From Myxococcota bacterium (GTDB lineage: Bacteria > Myxococcota_A > UBA9160 > UBA6930), in contig OZ245002.1 of the NCBI GenBank assembly GCA_965223415.1, forward strand, positions 1,120,001-1,184,000: a stretch of DNA of 64,000 nucleotides. Reading direction: 5' to 3'. Shown piece by piece: positions 59,769 to 64,000 of this stretch. Below the pieces are notes generated by a model. The model saw nothing but the letters and a program-made list of their open reading frames with translations. It ran no database searches and was not told where the DNA came from. Position numbers and translations under genes: made by a program. How positions within the stretch are numbered: the first letter of the stretch is position 1; every line of letters starts with the position of its first letter.

Positions 59769-60773
59769 TCAAGGAGACGCGGGCTCGGGATAGCTCTCGT
59801 TGCGTACGGCGTAGGCCAGCGAGAGGGGAAGGATGAAGCCGGTCAACGCGATCGCGTTCTGGGGCGAGCGGCCGCCGGTGACGAACTCGAAGACCGTGAT
59901 CAGCACCGGCAGGGCCAGGGCGGCGGCGCAGCCGAGGGCCACGGTGCGCAGCCGCTCGCGGACCTCCGCGCCGAGAGGACGGCGGTAGCGCTCGATCTCC
60001 GAGACGAGGAGCATCGCCATCGCAGCGCCGAGCGCGCTCACCGCGAGCAGGTGGGTCGTGGTGTAGACCGCCGGTGTCCCGAGGCCCCACTGGCAGGCCA
60101 GGGCGAGACCCCCACAGAGCACGTAGGGAAGCGTGACCAGCCAGGGATGTCGGCGCACCGACCGCAGCCGCGTGGGGAAGCCCATCGCCATGTGGAGCGC
60201 GCAAGCGGGAAGCAGGGTCTCCGCCAGGGCGTGCAGGCGGAACAGCTTGTAGGGACCGTAGAGGTCCATCGCCGTGAGGGCCCACACCGAGGCCACGATG
60301 AGCGCCGGTGCCACCGCCAGCGCGGAGCCGTTGCGGTGACGCGCTCCGAGGGCGACCAGGGCGGCGATGCCGAGGGCGATTCCGTTCAGCAGGTACAGGC
60401 CGTGGAGGAGCGTCGCATCCCGCCAGCCGAAGGCCCGCGTGGCGACGCTGCGCTCGAAGACGCCTTCGCTGCCCCGGAAGGTGTAGGTGAGCTCGGTGCC
60501 GACCGGCAGGGCGGAAACGATCTCCATCACGTCGTCGACGTGGCCGACGCGCTCGCCGCCGACCGCCCGGATGTCGTGCTGGTAGATCTCGCCGCCGTGG
60601 GTCGCCGGCCAGATCGAGAGCCCGACGGAGGCCACGACGCGGTTCTCGAGCACCAGGAAGCCCGGGAAGGGCTTCCCGACCTGGGAGAGGGCGCCGGACC
60701 CGCCGACCCATCCCACCAGGAGCAGCAGGACGGCGACGGCGAGTCGCAGCGGATCGTGGAAGAAGGAGCGCAT
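59769..60773 (-). CDS. Multi-pass membrane protein with PDZ-like periplasmic loop; stand-alone sensor-like domain
   Basis: PFPGFLV, DIRAVGGERV, several TM helices, ends PLSLAYAV with no catalytic domain. Confidence 0.65.
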   Translation of the reverse strand: MRSFFHDPLRLAVAVLLLLVGWVGGSGALSQVGKPFPGFLVLENRVVASVGLSIWPATHGGEIYQHDIRAVGGERVGHVDDVMEIVSALPVGTELTYTFRGSEGVFERSVATRAFGWRDATLLHGLYLLNGIALGIAALVALGARHRNGSALAVAPALIVASVWALTAMDLYGPYKLFRLHALAETLLPACALHMAMGFPTRLRSVRRHPWLVTLPYVLCGGLALACQWGLGTPAVYTTTHLLAVSALGAAMAMLLVSEIERYRRPLGAEVRERLRTVALGCAAALALPVLITVFEFVTGGRSPQNAIALTGFILPLSLAYAVRNESYPEPASP

Positions 60774-60783
60774 GCAGGGGCCG

Positions 60784-62148
60784 CTACTGGAGGATGGCCG
60801 TCGCGGTGGCACCATCACCTGCGGTGACGGTGACCTGGAGACCGTTCAGGTCGTCCTGGCTCGGGTGTTTGAACTCGAAGCGGCTCTTCCTGGCGTTCCA
60901 GGTCATGACGGATTCGGGGAGGCCCTCACCGCTCGCCACGAGCTTCGCCGAAGGATCGGAGGCGGTAGCGTGGACGACGACCCTCTCCTTGCGGTCCTGG
61001 TACACGGCCTTGATGATGGCGATCTCGGTGGTCGGAGCCGCCGCCGTCTCCTCGGTCACGGTCGTCTCCGCGGCGCGGAGCACCACCTCGTCCTCTCCGG
61101 CAACGATGGTCTTCATGGCGTCGACCGTGGCGTTTTCGGTGTGGTAGAGCGTCGCGCCGAAGGTGACGGCCGCCATCTCCTCGGGCTCGATCGGCGTCTG
61201 GCTCACCTCCGAGGTGGCGGCGAGATCGACCACCCGCGGTCCCGGAGTCACCTGATCGGGTACGGAGATCGCCACGACCAGCAGGTCGTGATCGACGTGG
61301 AACGAGCCGTCCGGATGGAAGCCTTCGCTCACCTCGTGGCTGCCGCCGATCTCGTGGGCCGCCGCGTAGGTGTGGAACTCGTGGCGCCAGTAGGTGAGCA
61401 GATCGCTCTCCTTGGCCGGATCCCAGGCCTGGGCGACCTGGGAGTTGTAGACCTCGCCGCTCAGGCCCGCATCGTCCTCGACGGTCCAGCCGTAGTAGCT
61501 GCCCCACTCGCGGGCGGTCGAGTCGTCCACGGTGAGGGTGAACAGCGTGAGGTCGACACCGTCCCGGTTGTAGAAGACCACGTCCCCCGCGCCGAAGCGG
61601 AGCGGCCAGTCGGCGAAGCTCATGGCGAACTGGGTCGGGTCGAGGACGTTCCGAAGGTCGAAGGGCACGAGGATCGTGCCGCCGGCGCTCACCGCGACCA
61701 CCAGGTTCTCCATGAGCATCACGGAATCACCGGCGGGGATCACCCGGGGCAGGGCCATGGCGGTGAAGAGGCTGCGGTCGTAGACCACCGATCCGCCCCG
61801 CTCGCTGCCCTCGACCTCGGTGACGTGCACCTCGACCGGGCCCACCGGCACCATCGACGGCATCTCGACCCGGAGCTGCGTCTTGCTGTCCGCGACGACG
61901 TTCGCGCGGGGTGTGAGCCAGCCTGGCGTGCCGAAGGATACCTCGTAGGTCGCGCCGACGCCGAACTCGTCCTTCTGGGCATTGATCAGCAGTGTCTGTC
62001 CCGCCGAGGCGAAGGGGGGCATGATCGGCGCCCAGGCCGGCGGGGGGTGATCGCAGCCACAGCCGGCCTGGACCGGCGTGGGACTCGGCACCAGCGTCAG
62101 CAGGGCGAATGCGGCCGTGAGAGCGAGGAAGCGGGTGACAGCGGTCAT
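60784..62148 (-). CDS. Secreted hypothetical protein with N-terminal GCGCDHPPP motif
   Basis: Signal peptide ending VQA; beta-rich acidic sequence with a His-rich patch; sigma54 promoter upstream. Confidence 0.75.
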   Translation of the reverse strand: MTAVTRFLALTAAFALLTLVPSPTPVQAGCGCDHPPPAWAPIMPPFASAGQTLLINAQKDEFGVGATYEVSFGTPGWLTPRANVVADSKTQLRVEMPSMVPVGPVEVHVTEVEGSERGGSVVYDRSLFTAMALPRVIPAGDSVMLMENLVVAVSAGGTILVPFDLRNVLDPTQFAMSFADWPLRFGAGDVVFYNRDGVDLTLFTLTVDDSTAREWGSYYGWTVEDDAGLSGEVYNSQVAQAWDPAKESDLLTYWRHEFHTYAAAHEIGGSHEVSEGFHPDGSFHVDHDLLVVAISVPDQVTPGPRVVDLAATSEVSQTPIEPEEMAAVTFGATLYHTENATVDAMKTIVAGEDEVVLRAAETTVTEETAAAPTTEIAIIKAVYQDRKERVVVHATASDPSAKLVASGEGLPESVMTWNARKSRFEFKHPSQDDLNGLQVTVTAGDGATATAILQ

Positions 62149-62195
62149 GGGGGTCCCTTCGATCGAAGAGGCGTTTCCGATCCGGCCCCGGATAG

Positions 62196-62211
62196 AGCAA
62201 GCGCCATGCCA
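62196..62211 (-). promoter_or_regulatory. Sigma54 promoter of the 60784-62148 gene
   Basis: TGGCATGGCGCTTGCT, GG-N10-GC. Confidence 0.8.
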
Positions 62212-62351
62212 TGGGCAGGAGCGGTCGCAAGGCCGCGGGATCCGGCGCTTCGTGGCGAGGAGCCGGCAGCGGCTCCAGTGACGCCGCCAGTCTCCTGCGC
62301 GCGCTCGGGCACGCAGCTTCGCTGGAAAGGGCGGACGCGCGCAGGGCATTC

Positions 62352-62394
62352 GCGAGCGACAACGACGTTGGCGGCTGCGAACGACAACGACGTT
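62352..62394. repeat. 18-bp direct repeat pair, possible activator binding sites
   Basis: GCGAGCGACAACGACGTT (62352-62369) and GCGAACGACAACGACGTT (62377-62394), 140-180 nt upstream of the sigma54 site. Confidence 0.55.
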
Positions 62395-62398
62395 TTCG

Positions 62399-64000
62399 CT
62401 AGGCGTCCCCGTTCGCGAGCTGGGAGCGCACCGGCAGCTCCACGCGGAAGCAGCTGCCCTCGCCGGGCGTGCTGGCCACCTCCAGGCGCCCGCCGTGGCG
62501 GCTCACCACCCCGTAGGAGATGGAGAGCCCCAGGCCGGTGCCCTTGCCCACTTCCTTGGTGGTAAAGAAGGGCTCGTAGATGCGCTCCACCACCTCGTCG
62601 GGGATGCCGCAGCCGTCGTCCTCCACCTCCACGAAGACGCGTTCGCCGTCCGCCGGGCCGATCCGCACGGTGATGCGGCCGGCTTCGCCGACCGCATCGG
62701 CGGCGTTGGCGAGGAGGTTCATCAGCACCTGCCCGATCTGGCCCTCGAGGCACTCGACGGGCGGCACGTCAGCGTACTTGCGCACCACCTCGATGCCCGT
62801 GAGCCGGCCGCGCAGCAGGTTCAGGGTGGCGTCCAAGGCCTCCGCCAGGTCGACGTCGGAGAGCTCACCGGCGTCGGTGCGCGAGAAGCTGCGAAGATCG
62901 CGCACGATGCGGGTGGCGCGTTCGACGCCCTCGTCGCAGCCCTCGAAGACCGAGCCCAGGTCTTCCAGTACGAAGTCGAGATCGTGGTGCTCTCGAATCT
63001 CCCGGACGCGGGTCTGCAGCTCCGGCCGCTCCTCCTTCACCGCCTCCTGCACGTCCTGGAAGGCGCCGCGCAGCTCCTCGGCGTAGCCGCGCAGGTGATG
63101 GAGGTTGCCCTCGATGAAGTTCAGCGGGTTGTTGATCTCGTGGGCGACGCCGGCCACCAGCTCGCCGACCGAGGCCATCTTCTCCTGGTGGACCATCTGC
63201 CGCTGGGTCTCCTGGAGCTCCTCCAGGGTGCGGGCCAGCTCGGCGGTGCGCTCGTCCACCTTGGCCTCGAGGTTGCGGTTCAGGTCCTGCAGGGCGTCGA
63301 GCGCGAGGGCGTTCTCGAAGGCGATCGCGCCCTGGTTGGCGAGCACGTGGAGCAGCCGCCGATCCTCGCCGCCGTAGAAAGCGCCGGAGCCGCGTCGGCC
63401 AAGCACCATCAGCGCGACCGGCCGGCCCTCCACGGCGAAGGCCACCGCCAGCCCGCCGCCGGGGAGATCGAAGACCTCCTCCAGACGCCCGGCCTCGATC
63501 TCCCGGGCGACGTCTTCGGGCACCGCAGAGCGCAGCAGCTCGGGAGCGAAGGACCGGGCCTGGGCCCCGCGAATCACGAAGCCGACCTGCTCGGGCTGGA
63601 GGGCCGCCACGACGGCCTCGCGGATGCGGCGCTCGATCTGGTCGAGATCCGTCACGGACGCCAGCTCGCTGCTCGTCGCCTCGACCAGGCGGCGGAAGTC
63701 GTAGGTGCTGCGGAAGAACACTCGGTCGATGCCGGACTGGACGCGATCGCGCAGCGGAAGGAGCAGGAGCACCGACACGCCGGCGAAGAGCCCGCTCCGG
63801 GCTCCCAGAGCGGAGGCGTCAGTGGAGGCGAAGAGCGATTCCATGGCGATGGCGGTGAGCGAGTAGATCCCCGCCAGGGCGACGGTGAGCGCGGCGTAGC
63901 CGAAGGTGCGCCGGACGAGGATGTCGACATCGAGCAGGTTCTGGCGGAGCACCGCGTAGCCGATCGCCAGCGGGTAGAGGAATACCGTGAGAGCCGCGGC
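62399..64000 (-). CDS. Membrane sensor histidine kinase with GAF domain (N-terminus outside the window)
   Basis: EKMASVGELVAGVAHEINNPL, NLLANA, EPFFTTKEVGKGTGLGL. Confidence 0.93.
   Translation of the reverse strand, partial: AAALTVFLYPLAIGYAVLRQNLLDVDILVRRTFGYAALTVALAGIYSLTAIAMESLFASTDASALGARSGLFAGVSVLLLLPLRDRVQSGIDRVFFRSTYDFRRLVEATSSELASVTDLDQIERRIREAVVAALQPEQVGFVIRGAQARSFAPELLRSAVPEDVAREIEAGRLEEVFDLPGGGLAVAFAVEGRPVALMVLGRRGSGAFYGGEDRRLLHVLANQGAIAFENALALDALQDLNRNLEAKVDERTAELARTLEELQETQRQMVHQEKMASVGELVAGVAHEINNPLNFIEGNLHHLRGYAEELRGAFQDVQEAVKEERPELQTRVREIREHHDLDFVLEDLGSVFEGCDEGVERATRIVRDLRSFSRTDAGELSDVDLAEALDATLNLLRGRLTGIEVVRKYADVPPVECLEGQIGQVLMNLLANAADAVGEAGRITVRIGPADGERVFVEVEDDGCGIPDEVVERIYEPFFTTKEVGKGTGLGLSISYGVVSRHGGRLEVASTPGEGSCFRVELPVRSQLANGDA

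Noticed and set aside
62370..62400. AANDND reading resembling a tmRNA tag
   Set aside because: No tRNA-like ends or tag-terminal ALAA; better explained as regulatory direct repeats.
1..64000. tRNA, rRNA, prophage or defence genes
   Set aside because: None recognised by eye; a covariance or HMM scan was not possible.

Overview
High-GC bacterial DNA; the gene repertoire and sigma54 promoters suggest Myxococcota or a related deltaproteobacterium (inference only). 1-10.8 kb: lipid/xenobiotic metabolism genes (P450, GST, LLM monooxygenase, crotonase, DUF1214-like, thiolase-like), a REC-GGDEF-EAL protein, a sigma54-driven secreted protein with BPI/LBP-like motifs, and a strongly self-complementary intergenic region. 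10.8-24.5 kb: a Maf-type nonulosonic-acid glycosylation locus driven by back-to-back sigma54 promoters, with an unusual cytidylyltransferase-acetolactate synthase fusion, SDR, ATP-grasp, GH57-like, methyltransferase, radical SAM and GT2 genes. 24.6-28.7 kb: TetR, sterol-desaturase-family and oxidoreductase genes (one frameshifted). 28.7-56.6 kb: a ~4600-aa LEPR-XLL/DUF4347 repeat surface protein next to a non-canonical export module (truncated SecA paralogue, M50 peptidase-HlyD fusion, GAF-HlyD, RND-type MFP; no ABC ATPase or TolC in the window) and c-di-GMP/two-component genes, followed by gene remnants. 56.6-64 kb: two-component genes, an intact IS110-family element whose bridge-RNA guides can be read against its own target and donor junctions, and a sigma54-driven secreted protein. 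All calls are from motif recognition by eye; no searches were run and start codons are best estimates.
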